Source: Octopus bimaculoides
Taxonomy: Eukaryota
Assembly: GCF_001194135.2 (NCBI RefSeq)
Contig: NC_068986.1
Span: forward strand, 30,078,178 to 30,142,177
Length of the DNA stretch: 64,000 nucleotides
Direction of reading: 5' to 3'
Made by a program: the position numbers and the translations under genes. Below, piece after piece: positions 25,182-37,127 of this stretch. The notes beneath the pieces were generated by a model. The model ran no database searches. It worked only from the letters and a program-made list of their open reading frames with translations, and was not told where the DNA came from. Position 1 is the first letter of the stretch; the number at the start of each line of letters is the position of its first letter.

Positions 25182-25374
25182 ACCCTTTAGCATTTAAACT
25201 GACCATAGCTGGCTAAAATATTCTACCTGTTTTATGCTCAAGCTATTAAATTCTGGCTTTTCATACCTACCACACATAGTCATTCTAAAAAATCTCAAAA
25301 CTATGATGAATTCAAAACAATGTGAGTAAATAAGTATTAAATTTGACAGATTAATCTCAATGTTAAAGACTTAA
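25182..25374 (-). mobile_element. piggyBac-type MITE family P1 abutting P2
   Basis: ccctttagcatttaaactg...ttcaaaacaatgtgagtaaataag...aatgttaaagacTTAA. Confidence 0.7.
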
Positions 25375-25899
25375 GGAACAAAAACTAAGTTAATTTTGAG
25401 AGAATTTAAGATTTTGAACTCCGAAGTGATTCATATTTACAAATATGTTAGACTGAAGCACGGTAGATGAGAAGTTATGATTCTAAATGCAGAATATACA
25501 TTCAAAACTTATTTATGCATGATATTCTACTGGAAGTAGGCACAACATGACGAAGTAGATAATGCTAGAAGAGTTTTCAATTATAATAACCATATGCTCC
25601 AACTATTAGAAAATATTTTTAAAAATTAGAAAATATTAAAAAAAGCTAAAATGGAATCCACTGGATGTGTGTTTAATTAGTCTCAATAACACTGAACAGA
25701 TGAGACAAATATTCACAGGATAGGATACTAGTCTATCAAAGTTAACTTTCCAGAAAGCTTCTCAGTTATTTATTATGATTTTACCTCCTCAAGACACAAA
25801 AAATGCCTATGACCTGCCATACAGATCTGTATTTATATGATTGTAATCCATTGCTTTATCTACATGTCCTCCTGGCATCCTGCCTCAGTAAACCATCAA

Positions 25900-26110
25900 G
25901 TGGATCTTCTCTATAGGTTACCCAGACTTCTTGGAATAGCAGCCAAATCCCCTTCAAAATATATCCTATTATCTTAAAAATTGAGAAGGATACAGTGAAC
26001 AATGTAGTTCAAAGTACAAATGCCTGAAAAAAGGCAGGATGGTCATTAGTGGAATAGGTTGATTACAAGTTTGTTTTATCAGAGCTGACCTGAGGGCTAA
26101 GTGACAACAT
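25900..26110 (+). repeat. Interspersed repeat family D
   Basis: aatagcagccaaatcccc...ggatggtcat...gctgacctgagggctaagtgacaac. Confidence 0.6.
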
Positions 26111-27755
26111 CCAGTCCATATTGTTATTTCTGTGTGCATATCTTATTTTATGCACTTGTGTGCACTGATATGTATAAATTAAATTAAATTAACTTTGTTA
26201 AACATGAAATAGTTTATTCCATTTAATATCATTAAATCATTAAAAACACTCTTCATCAAACTTTGAACTCAGCTATCCTCACTGAACCAAGCCAGATACT
26301 TATAGTAAGATTATTATCCTCTTAGGTGATGGTTAATTCTATCGTTTATGATTGCCATATTTAAAAGTAGATTCAAGATGTGTGTTGGGGAGAGAAGCGA
26401 TTAATGTAATTATTTTAATCAGCAGCTCTACTTTGACCATTATCCTTAATTGCTTTGCCAAATGAGAGTGAATAACACGAAGAAACAAGAAATGGACAAG
26501 AAAATGTTAAGATGGAAAGATTTAAGGAAAATTTCGTTAGAGCTAATAAAATTCTCATTATCTATAGACATTGTTACCCTTTTGTGATCATATTTCTAAT
26601 GAAATACTCTGCCTATGTGTTTCAATTATTTTTTAAAATAAACAAGATTTAGTTGGTGTTTTGAAAATGACTTGAGAAAACATTGTTACATAAAATCTTT
26701 GATGGAAAGTTTAAATTTAGATATGAACACTTTAAACTGGGAAGGTTTTTTTTATCATAGAAGCAGGGGCAGTCTCAGGCGGGTTGATGTCAAAAAGGTC
26801 TGCAGTAAACAGCTTCTAACTCTTATGAAAGCTAAATTCTTCAAAAGTCAAGAGGCACAACACAACTAGCATAAGATTTTTTTAATTTGAAAACTCTCGC
26901 AAAATTTTAATTTGGCTAATTAGAACAGAAACAACTTATTAATTTAATTAAAAGTTTAAAAGTAAATTACTCATGTTTCAGAAAATGTGCTTTTAAATTT
27001 CACAATCTGTTGCATAAAAAACATCCAGTCTGGCAGATTATATTACTTATAAACACTTTAATTAAAACTTACTATAGCAATTTTACTACTACTACTATGG
27101 TTTTCTTCTCTTCCTTTTCCTTTCTCTCATTCCTCTAGATTTTGATGAAGTTTAGAATAGGTTAGTATTGCTTCATACAGTAATATTTATGCTGGAACTA
27201 ACATATTGATGGCAATACAAGCACTCCAACAAAACTAGAAATTATTACCAGAAATAGCATGGCTAGTTATTATGACTTTTTAATTAGGCATAAAAAAAAT
27301 GAATAAGGAGTGCCTAAGGTCATAATACATGTACTTGCATTAAGATATGAGCTCAAAAACCATTAACTAAAAGTCTGTTATCACAGTCACTCATCCATGT
27401 TTCTTATTAATATCTTAAATGAATGCAAAGTATTTCAAATTTAGTTTAATATTTTGCCCAGAGACACAAGCAAATCACAACTGCCAAAGAAAAAGAATGT
27501 TTTTCTTTCTACAGTTGCTTTTCTCAGTTGTTTTCTTTGTTATTTTCTTTTCTCTCATTACCAACAAAATAAAGATATCTAACCATATTTAGCCATTTCA
27601 TTTCCCTGACAATACTCATATTCTTGGAAACCAAATCAAAACGATGTTCAACTCATTAGCATGAGAAAGTTATTGTTGATTGGGCATTATATTTAACCCT
27701 TTAACATCTACACCAGCCACAAGTGCCCTTAATTACTTATTGCATATAACCATCG

Positions 27756-28726
27756 GGAAGGGGGTGGGTGCGCTGAAAGTGTAGCTGTTAGAATAATAGC
27801 CTGGGCAAAGTTTAGAGAGCTCTTACCCCTGCTGGCGACAAAGGGACTCTCACTCAGAGTAAAAGGCAGACTGTATGACGCATGCATACGAACAGCCATG
27901 CTACATGGCAGTGAAACATGGGCTGTAACTGCTGAGGACATACGTAAGCTCGCAAGGAATGAAGCCAGTATGCTCCGTTGGATGTGTAATGTCAATGTGA
28001 ATACCCGTCAGAGTGTAAGTATCTTGAGAGAAAAGCTGAACATTAGAAGCATCAGTTGTGGTGTGCAAGAGAGACGATTGCGCTGGTATGGACATGTGGT
28101 GAGAATGGATGAGGATNNNNNNNNNNNNNNNNNNNNNNNNNNNNNNNNNNNNNNNNNNNNNNNNNNNNNNNNNNNNNNNNNNNNNNNNNNNNNNNNNNNN
28201 NNNNNNNNNNNNNNNNNNNNNNNNNNNNNNNNNNNNNNNNNNNNNNNNNNNNNNNNNNNNNNNNNNNNNNNNNNNNNNNNNNNNNNNNNNNNNNNNNNNN
28301 NNNNNNNNNNNNNNNNNNNNNNNNNNNNNNNNNNNNNNNNNNNNNNNNNNNNNNNNNNNNNNNNNNNNNNNNNNNNNNNNNNNNNNNGCACCATTTTGAG
28401 CATGGCCGTTGCCAGTACTGCCTGACTGGCTCCCATAGGATTTTCGAGTGAGATCGTTGCCAGTGCCCCTGAACTGGCTTGTGCGGGTGGCACATAAAAG
28501 ACACCATTTCGAGTGTGGCCGTTTTCGTGCGGGTGACACGTAAAAGCACCCACTACACTCTCTGAGTGGTTGGCGTTAGGAAGGGCATCCAGCTGTAGAA
28601 ACTCTGCCAAATTAGATTGGAGCCTGGTGTTGCCATCCGGTTTCACCAGTCCTCAGTCAAATCGTCCAACCCATGCTAGCATGGAAAGCGGACGTTAAAC
28701 GATGATGATGATGATGATGATGATGA
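27756..28726 (+). mobile_element. 5'-truncated RTE-clade LINE: C-terminal ORF, N-gap, 3' UTR with tandem subrepeats and (GAT)n tail
   Basis: Open frame GGGCAESVAVRIIAWAKFRELLPLLATKGLSLRVKGRLYDACIRTAMLHGSETWAVTAEDIRKLARNEASMLRWMCNV...RRLRWYGHVVRMDED; the YG/HGSETW and RLRW-GHV-RM motifs are characteristic of RTE. Confidence 0.93.
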
Positions 28727-30097
28727 GTTGTTACACAAGAGTTTATACTTAAAGATATTCCAAAAAATTATTATATAAAATCCTTTAATTTATAAATTTT
28801 TCTATGACTGATTTAAGAAGCACAACAATGGTTGTTGTTGTTGTTGTTATTGCAGCAGTTGTAAAATATTTTTGTGATAGGAAATGTTGTTTATTGGAAA
28901 TTACATTTAATCCATGAATTCCAATATGCTACAGACATCTGTAAATTTCAACTAAGAACTGCAAGTAACTAATTTTCTAAGTATGATATTTCTCTTGCTT
29001 TTACTAGATTAATATCCACAAAACTCTATGTACTAAATTAGAGCAAATTTTTTTGTTATCTATCTTTTTACCATTATGGTGTATAGTTTTAGGTCATGAT
29101 TTCACAACTGAAAACAGTTGGGATTGTTGGTTTGCATGCAGCACCAACACTTGTTTTCACTGAGATGCAACTACTATCATCAACAGTGATAGTAAATAGT
29201 TGGAAAAGAGTTTACGTTGTCATGGCAAAAATCTTCTGGCTTATCAGCTCCTGTTAAACCATCCAATTCATGCCAGCAAAGGAAACAGACATTAAATAAT
29301 AATGATGATAATGATGATGACGATGACGATGATGATGATGATGATGATGATGAGGATGAGGATTTTTACTATTGTTGTGATGATGTGGCTCCTCTTAAAT
29401 TTCCAAGTCTAAGCCAAAGTTTCAAGCCAAAACTATTTGGCTTCTAATCTGCAAAAACTCTTCCCATGCATTCTCACATCTTCAAAATAACCCAGTGAGA
29501 GAAATTTAAAGTTGTCATCAAATAGTAATCTTATAACTTATTTCTAATCATTCTCATATTTCAATTGTTACTATTGTATATTTTTATCCAGTTGCTAACA
29601 TAAACCAAGTTTCCATTTTTGAAATTACTACTTCGTTCATGCCTTTCCTTTATAACTTTCTGTATCATTTCCTGTATGTTGTGGTGGTAGTAATGGTGAT
29701 GGTGTTGACACCATGGCTAAATTTCATTGATGAGTGAGCATGTTGCTGCTAAGCAGTTATTTATATTTTCAACTCAATTTACAACCATTCAGAAGCCAAG
29801 GTGATTTAAATCCCAACTAGTTAAGATGTATGAATTAACGATAATCGGTTATCAATCTGTTGCTAATCCATAGTTTAGTGAGAGATTGTCTACAGTGACT
29901 GATTTCATGAAGAAACTGTATACTAGACACTGAGAGAATGTTTTGCTTTTTTGTAATCCTTGTAATAGTTATAGGCGGTTGTAAATACATTGTTTTTGGG
30001 CTTCTGATTGTAATTCAGTTTTATAAATAGTTAATGTAAATGCTTTTGTAGATTATTTTAATTAACCGTATTTTTTAATTAATATTGTCACAACAGT

Positions 30098-30536
30098 AAG
30101 GCAGAGAGCTGGAAGAAATGTTAGCACGCCAGGTGAAATGCTTAACAGTATTTCGTCTGCCGCTACGTTCTGAGTTCAAATTCCGCCGAGGTTGACTTTG
30201 CCTTTCATCCTTGTCCGGGTCGATAAATTAAGTACCAGTTACACACTGGGGTCGATGTAATCGACTTAATTCCTTTGTCTGTCCTTGTCTGTCCCCTCTA
30301 TGTTTAGCCCCTTGTGGGCAATAGAGAAATAAGAAACGTTAGCTCGCCAGGCGAAATGCTTAGCGGTATTTCATCTGTCTTTACATTCTGAGTTCAAATT
30401 CCGCCGAGGTTGACTTTGCCTTTCATCCTTTCGGGGTCGATAAATTAAGTACCAGCTGCGTACTGGAGTCGATTTAATCGACTGCTCCCCCCCCCACTCC
30501 CCAAAAATTTCAGGCATTGTTCCTAGAGTAGAAAAG
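30098..30536 (+). mobile_element. Dimeric SINE family A (short variant + long variant) inserted as one unit
   Basis: Two family A bodies joined at aagaaacgttagc; single 17-bp TSD aatattgtcacaacagt at 30081-30097 and 30537-30553. Confidence 0.9.
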
Positions 30537-31039
30537 AATATTGTCACAACAGTGTTGTTTGTAAATCAATCACATTCAAAATAACTGAGGAAAATGATTC
30601 AATGTTGTTCAGAAAATGATAATAATGCTACTAATATTAAAGCTTTTGAGCTTAAACTGCCTAAAGGGTAATTCATCTCCCCACAAATTAAGTCTCTAAA
30701 TGTTTCGTATCTTGTCATGAGTATATTATATCTGTTATGAACTTTTTATCCATTAATTGGTATTGCAAGCCATTAATTGACTAGCTTTCAGGCTGACATA
30801 GATTACTGTCAGTGTGTAGAGTACTACTCTCTTTCATATCTACGCCTGTAACACTTAAAATACTAAATCATATTTGATTATGCAATCGTATTTGTTTGAT
30901 AAGGGATTTAACCTGCAATTATGAGTTGTAACGGGAACAATTGCATCAATGCAGAGTCACGGTAAACATTTAGAAAAACACAACTGCTGTTGTTTTCATG
31001 TTTGCTTCATTTTGTAATCGTATCATATACCTTATTGGT

Positions 31040-31191
31040 TTCAAGACTAACAGTTTTGGGGGGAAGGATGTAAGTCAATTACATTGACCCCAGTGTTCAA
31101 CTGGTACTTATTTTATCGACCCCAAAAGGATGAAAGGCAAAGTCAACTTCAGCAGAATTTGAATTCAGAACATAAAGACAAATGAAATACT
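31040..31191 (-). mobile_element. SINE family A, 3' part (split by the 31192-32041 insertion)
   Basis: ttgaccccagtgttcaactggtacttattttatcgaccccaaaaggatgaaaggcaaagtcaacttcagcagaatttgaattcagaac...aaatgaaatact; continues at 32042. Confidence 0.85.
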
Positions 31192-31414
31192 TTTAGAAAT
31201 AATACATTTCTAAATCTCTCAAAGAGACTTATGCAGTAGTAATACGATGAAGTAGTTGTATGCTGTCAACTTAATGTGACAGTCCCATGAAGGGAATAAT
31301 ACTACTGTTGTTTAGACCTGGGAAACTGCACCGCTTCCTGTCAGCCTTGATACATTTCTTGTGTCCTTATGTTTACAAGGGGGAGACAAGCACCTCCACC
31401 CAGCTAAGCCTGCA

Positions 31415-31457
31415 TCCAGAGACATGTTTCTGAGTCTTTGTTCATCATCAGTCTGGA
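31415..31457 (-). ncRNA. Minimal type I hammerhead ribozyme motif, copy 1
   Basis: Minus strand reads UCCAGA CUGAUGA UGAA-CAAAGA-CUCA GAAA C-AU-GUC UCUGGA: stem I, intact core, short stem II, palindromic ACAUGU stem III, GUC cleavage triplet. Confidence 0.8.
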
Positions 31458-31832
31458 GTAGCATGACCTGCTAGTCGAAGATGCCTGTCAAGCTCTTGTA
31501 AACATATGATAATTCTAGTGAAATACCTTCACTGATTTCAAATTTAGAAATAATACATTTCTAAATCTCTCATAAGGACACAAGAAATGTATCAAGGCCG
31601 ACAGGAAGCGGTGCAGTTTCCTAGGTCTAAACAACAGTAGTATTATTCCCTTCATGGGACTGTCACATTAAGTTGACAGCATACAACTACTTCATCGTAT
31701 TACTATTGCATAAATCTCTTGAGAAATTTAGAAATGTATTATTTCTAAATTTGAAATCAGTGACTGTATATCACTAGAATTATTATGTTTACAAGAGCTT
31801 AACAGGCATCTTCGACTAGCAGGTCATGCTAC

Positions 31833-31875
31833 TCCAGACTGATGACGAGCAAAGACTCAGAAACATGTCTCTGGA
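31833..31875 (+). ncRNA. Minimal type I hammerhead ribozyme motif, copy 2
   Basis: UCCAGA (31833-38) CUGAUGA (31839-45) CGAG-CAAAGA-CUCA (31846-59) GAAA (31860-63) CAUGUC (31864-69) UCUGGA (31870-75); predicted cleavage after 31869. Confidence 0.82.
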
Positions 31876-32041
31876 TGCAGGCATAGCTGGGTGGAGGTGC
31901 TTGTCTCCCCCTTGTAAACATAAGGACACAGGAAATGTGTCAAGGCCGACAGGAAGTGTTGCAGCTTCCTAGGTTTAAACAACAGTAGTATTATTCCCTT
32001 CATGGGACTGTCACATTAAGTTGACAGGATACAACTACTTC

Positions 32042-32103
32042 AAACGAAATACTGCTAAACATTTTGTTCAGTGTGCTAACCATTCTGCCAGTTTGCTGCC
32101 TTG
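32042..32103 (-). mobile_element. SINE family A, 5' part (remainder of the split copy)
   Basis: aaacgaaatactgctaaacattttgttcagtgtgctaaccattctgccagtttgctgcctt. Confidence 0.85.
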
Positions 32104-32639
32104 ACATCATATATTTTATTAAGAATCAACTTCATTTGTTGTACATCTACAACCTAAACACTGATAGTTATCCCACTACATCTCAGATACAGATTTATGC
32201 AGTATTTAAACCCTTAGGCCTATATCTATTATGAACACCATGTACTTCCAACTAATGGCACTTCACAGTTCATATATATTTCCATAATAATGAATACATC
32301 ATGACAGTTAACTCTAGCATATACCAGCTAACAAAGGAATCTTTATGTTGTCAACTGGTCTATTAGAAATAGCAACCAAATCTCCCTTGAATTATATCGA
32401 ACTTTCCTAAAAAAAGAGATGGCTATATAAGATGATATATTTTTAGATACCCTTAAACAGGCATGATGGTCAAGGCTGGAAAGCCTTTGATCATAGGCCT
32501 TCACTATCAGAACTGTTAATGAGTTAGTACTTATGGGCTTATACTTAGAAGCATTCCAAAGAGTTTACTACATATAAATTTCCCATTAATCAATTTTTTT
32601 TGTATCAGTGAGTGAAACAACAACCAGCCAATCAATACC

Positions 32640-32681
<42 letters not shown>

Positions 32682-32686
32682 GTCTG

Positions 32687-32727
<41 letters not shown>

Positions 32728-33307
32728 CTCTATCTCTCTCTCTCTCTCTCTTACTCTGTTTACACTAAGCCTGTTTCTTACAATTAAGCACCAAAACATT
32801 CAATAAATTTGATGGCTAAAGTAGCTAGGCTACCCACAAACCACAACTAATATAAATATCATTCTGTTTGCTGTATCAAGTGATAAGTTAGTGGACTAAA
32901 TCGTTGAATCAACATTTTCAGTGCATTGTAAATTCAAAGAACTGTAATCTATAATCTATTCAACCATTTGTGTCACATTTACATTTTAGTGGATCACTAA
33001 CAAATGTTTTATCACCAAATCAATAATATAAACTGTTTGATCAGAGCATTTTTATGGTTCTTTAGGGGGAAATAGTTCAAAGACTATTCTAAACAGAGAT
33101 AAATAATATTGTGTCAAAATACATTTGAAAATTCTGTGTGATGCTCTTGTTATACTAAATCTTTTAAATTTATTAAAATATGATTTCCTATAATATGTTT
33201 TGTAGGCAACAGTGTGTTGTGTGTGTGTACTGGAATAAATAAGATGTGTGAAATTCTGGTTAGTGAATGTTAGTCAAAATAAGCACTTGTACACACTCAT
33301 ACACACA

Positions 33308-33361
<54 letters not shown>

Positions 33362-33399
33362 TACTGATTTTTTTAATGCTGATTTTCATAGATTAAGAC

Positions 33400-33738
33400 A
33401 AGGGTAAAGACCCTTTCAGTCATGAATGACCATGGGATTGCTCCTAGAAAGTTACCCTCTTAGGCACAAGTCCAGTCAAGGTTGTTTATGGAAGACCAGC
33501 AGTCACCCATGCATACCTGCCTCCCCTCTCCATGCCACTGATGTTATCCAAGGAAAAGGAAAAGACCAATACAGCTTGGCACCAGTGACATCACAACTCA
33601 TTTCTACAAATGAGTGAACTGGAGCAACGTGAAATAATATGACTTGCTCAAGAACACAACACACAGCCCGGTCTGGGAATCAAACTCACTACCTCATGAT
33701 TGTGAGCCCAATGCTCTAACAACTGAGCCATGCACCTT
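33400..33738 (-). mobile_element. tRNA-derived SINE family E
   Basis: The minus-strand head has tRNA-like ggtgcatggctcagttgttagagcattggg...gagtttgattcccagaccggg; second copy at 47084-47417. Confidence 0.85.
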
Positions 33739-34681
33739 AAAGTTCATATGTATTTCATTTCCATCTGTACTTGAAGAATTTAGACTTTGATGTCACAAAA
33801 AAATTACTAGCCAGGAGAGAATTCTAGAATGTAGAGGATCAACATCCTGAGTAGGAGGGTAAGAGTGGGTGCTGGGGTGGGGTTGGACACAATATAGGTA
33901 GGTGATGAGAGGATGGACAGATGTGTCAAGAATGCTTGAGGAGAAGTGAAATGAGATCAGCCAGCTCCAAACAGCAGAGGCCATTGTAACAGTGGTAGAA
34001 AAGTAGAGAGAGGAAACAGCATGTTTGTGTACTAGAAGCTGGAGTGTGTCAATTGAGTATATACATTAGTGAGTCAACTTAACATCAATCCTTGATTCTT
34101 TCAATCAACCTGTCCAAGTTAGGCATTCCTACAATCATATCACAATCACACCTTCGTTGCTGTTGCTGTTCCTGATGTTCTGAATATGGTCAAACATATC
34201 CACCCAGATTTAAGAATTTAGTTTATTGCAGGTATGACCTGACTTCTCTAATACTAGTGTAGGCAAGTAAAAAGAGAAATAGCAAACAAACATCCCCCAA
34301 ATTATTCAATCTTCAAAAAAGACAGATTTATAAAGCAATGTCATCAAGAATACACTAAAATCAAGAATTTGAATAAAATTACTAATTACTGTCTACTAAT
34401 CAAAGCAACATTACCATTTTTGTTCACTATTCCTGACTCTCAGACAAAGGATCAGAGACCAAAACATTAAGTACTTTACTCCTCATGGCAGTTGACCTTA
34501 TTAAGCGCTTCTAGGTACTCTCCTATCGATTTTGGTAATTTGATGACAAATCTTATTTTGGAATTACTTTTAGTATTTGTTCCTATTTGTTGGAACTCCT
34601 TGATGCTTGAATCAACTAAAGAATATAATTTGTTTTTAGTGTTTTTATAGAAAAAAATAGACAAAATAAATTTAGGAAACA

Positions 34682-34845
34682 TAGTGGCTGTGTGGTAAGT
34701 AGCTTGCTTACCAACCACATGGTTCCGGGTTCAGTCCCACTGCATGGCACCTTGGGCAAGTGTCTACTACTATAGCCTCAGGCTGACCAAAGCCTTGTGA
34801 GTGGATTTGGTAGACGGAAACTGAAAGAAGCCCGTCGTATGTATG

Positions 34846-34878
<33 letters not shown>

Positions 34879-35107
34879 GCGTTTGTGTGTCTGTGTTTGT
34901 CCCCCTAGCATTGCTTGACAACCGATGGTGGTGTGTTTATGTCCCCGTAACTTAGCAGTTCGGCAAAAGAGACCGATAGAATAAGTACTAGGCTTCCAAA
35001 GAATAAGTCCTGGGGTCGATTTGCTCGACTAAAGGCGGTGCTCCAGCATGGCCGCAGTCAAATGACTGAAACAAGTAAAAAGAAAAAAGAAAAAGAAAAA
35101 GAAAAAG
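34682..35107 (+). mobile_element. SINE family B, full length
   Basis: Near-consensus copy with (A5G)n tail. Confidence 0.92.
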
Positions 35108-36177
35108 ATTACACATCTCTTAGAGTCTCTCCCACTCATTTTTTTTTTTTTTTTTTTTACACACACCCATGTAATTTCCTTAAATATATTTCAGAAACCT
35201 CTGTGTGCTTTAGATGTGCAGACAGATGTGTGAATATTTCCCTATACCCATGAGAGAATAGAAATCTGGGAAGAAGTGTAAAGAAATCCTATCCCCCCAA
35301 ATTGCATACCAAACTCACAGCTGTCAGCCACAACATTTTAGCAATGAAAGAAATTCTTCCTATCTTATAAAACCCATTTTAAGCAGTAAAATCCCAGCAA
35401 GTAGACATTCTTCAGAGTAGTTTTAGTCAATAATTTGTATTAGTCAAGGAGTGGTTCCAGTATTTAATTGACTTAGTGCCACAGAAAGCACTGATTAAAA
35501 TTGCAATAGAAATATGTAAAATTGTAATGTTCCTAATCTGGTTTTATCTTGGGATAATCTCAGGAGAAATTATCAATTATATCAATAGTGTTTATCTTTT
35601 GAAACAGGATATAACAGCCATAAAGGATAATCTTTTAATTTTAGTTTCAGTGAAAGTTGCTTATTCTTTCTCTTCAATTAAATTTACATGAAGGAAACGA
35701 ACCCAGGATATTGACATATAAGATAATGTTCTTCAAACCTCTTCAACCTACCATACCAATTTTAGTGCAGATATTTCATGACACACACATCCATAAAGTT
35801 GGTCAAAAATAGTATGGTGAAAATTACATTTTAATAAATTGTTTTATTTAAATATTTGTTGTTTAACTAAAAATATAATTGTACAAAATTATCTTTAAAT
35901 TATTTGAATGATGAGATTAATCATTCTACATCCAGGTGAATATTGGTTTCAAATTTCGGCACAAGGCAAGCAACTAGGGGGAGAAGGTAACTCGATTACA
36001 TCGACCCCAGTACTTGACTGGTACTTATGTTATCGTTCCCAAAAGGTAAAGTCAACCTTGGTGCCACCAATAAATTCAACACTGGCTTTATCAATTATGT
36101 TATCAATACATGGTGGCAGCCCTCCATGAACTAATTTCTATAAACAGTGATTATTATTATAAAAATTCTTTCACAGG

Positions 36178-36399
36178 GAATATTGGATTCAAATTTTGGC
36201 ACAAGGCCAGCAATTTCAGAGGAGGTGGCTAGTTGTTTACACTGGCCCCATTGTTCAAATGATACTTTTTCTTTTCAACCCCGAAAGGATGAAACACAAA
36301 GTCGAACTTGATGGAATTTGAACTCAAAATGTAAAGATGGATGAAATGCCACTAAGCATTTTGTCCAGCATTCTTACAATTCTGTCAGCTCACCACCTT
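36178..36399 (-). mobile_element. SINE family A, long variant (partial copy also at about 35938-36060)
   Basis: aatattggattcaaattttggcacaaggccagc...gaatttgaactc...ctcaccacctt. Confidence 0.8.
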
Positions 36400-37127
36400 T
36401 CTTTCACAAGAAACAGCAACTTTCCTTTATTGAATGGCAAATGGCAAATAATAACTCTTGAGTTATTTCTCCCTTTTTTATGACTCAAATATAAGCTAAC
36501 AGCAAGACTTCAATCCCTTCATTTATTTGTAAAGAAAATCAGGCAGTTCTCTAAAAGTTCCATCATGTGTCTTGCATATTCTTATTTGTTTCATCAATTT
36601 ATCATATTATTGCTAAATGGAATTTTATAGATTATGTCAGATGCTGACTCATGCAACATGCTGCATAGAACTTCTCTAAGAGTTAGAAGAATCTCTGCCA
36701 ATAGTATATGGCTTTTTGGATTTAGCAATCAGTAAAGAAATTTTGTAAAAGGTATATAAAGCATCATTTTTTTTGTTTTGTTTTGATGTAGAAGGAGAAA
36801 AATGCTTGACAGCATCAGTTGTTTGCAAAATTGATCTGGAAGTGCTTTAAAATAAGACAAATCTTTATTTGTCTTAGCACAAATTCTTTTCAAGTGCTCT
36901 TCTTATCTTGAAGGTTTCACACATTCATTGGAAAACACTTTATCTCAAATCAGGCACATTGGTTACAGCATGTTTGTAGAATGATGGAATAAAGTCATAT
37001 CTTACATATTCAATAATGTAGTGTCAACATTTCTTCTCCAGTTCTGCCATGGCAATATCTATAAAATAATATATACATGTGTGTGTGTGTGTATCATTAT
37101 TCTTTTTTTTAACATTATTCATTATAG

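Larger units (their letters stand above)
31192..32041. mobile_element. Hammerhead-bearing non-autonomous retroelement (retrozyme or Penelope pseudo-LTR-like): ~350-bp unit, 1.1 copies on minus then 1.35 copies on plus
   Basis: Direct repeat period 351 (tttagaaataatac at 31192 and 31543) and 348 (ataaggacac at 31572 and 31920). The halves are reverse complements, with 4 mismatches in 100 nt around the ribozyme. TSD aaaYgaaatact at 31180-31191 and 32042-32053. No long ORF. Confidence 0.8.

Noticed and set aside
27162-27186. Strong acceptor plus GTTAGT donor (22-nt exon); similar weak candidates near 2357, 11831, 23893 and 52307
   Set aside because: Splice-like signals are frequent in T-rich DNA, the peptides are unrecognisable and I could not chain them into a coherent ORF.
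28390-28560. Regular ~60-bp repeats with variable intervening sequence (also 45179-45300 and 59700-59927), superficially CRISPR-like
   Set aside because: They are tandem subrepeats of the RTE 3' UTR in a eukaryotic genome; there are no cas genes and no unique spacers.
33857-33882. G-quadruplex-type motif GGG-N7-GGG-N4-GGGG-N1-GGGG
   Set aside because: A single motif in what may be decayed retroelement sequence, with no promoter or other supporting context.
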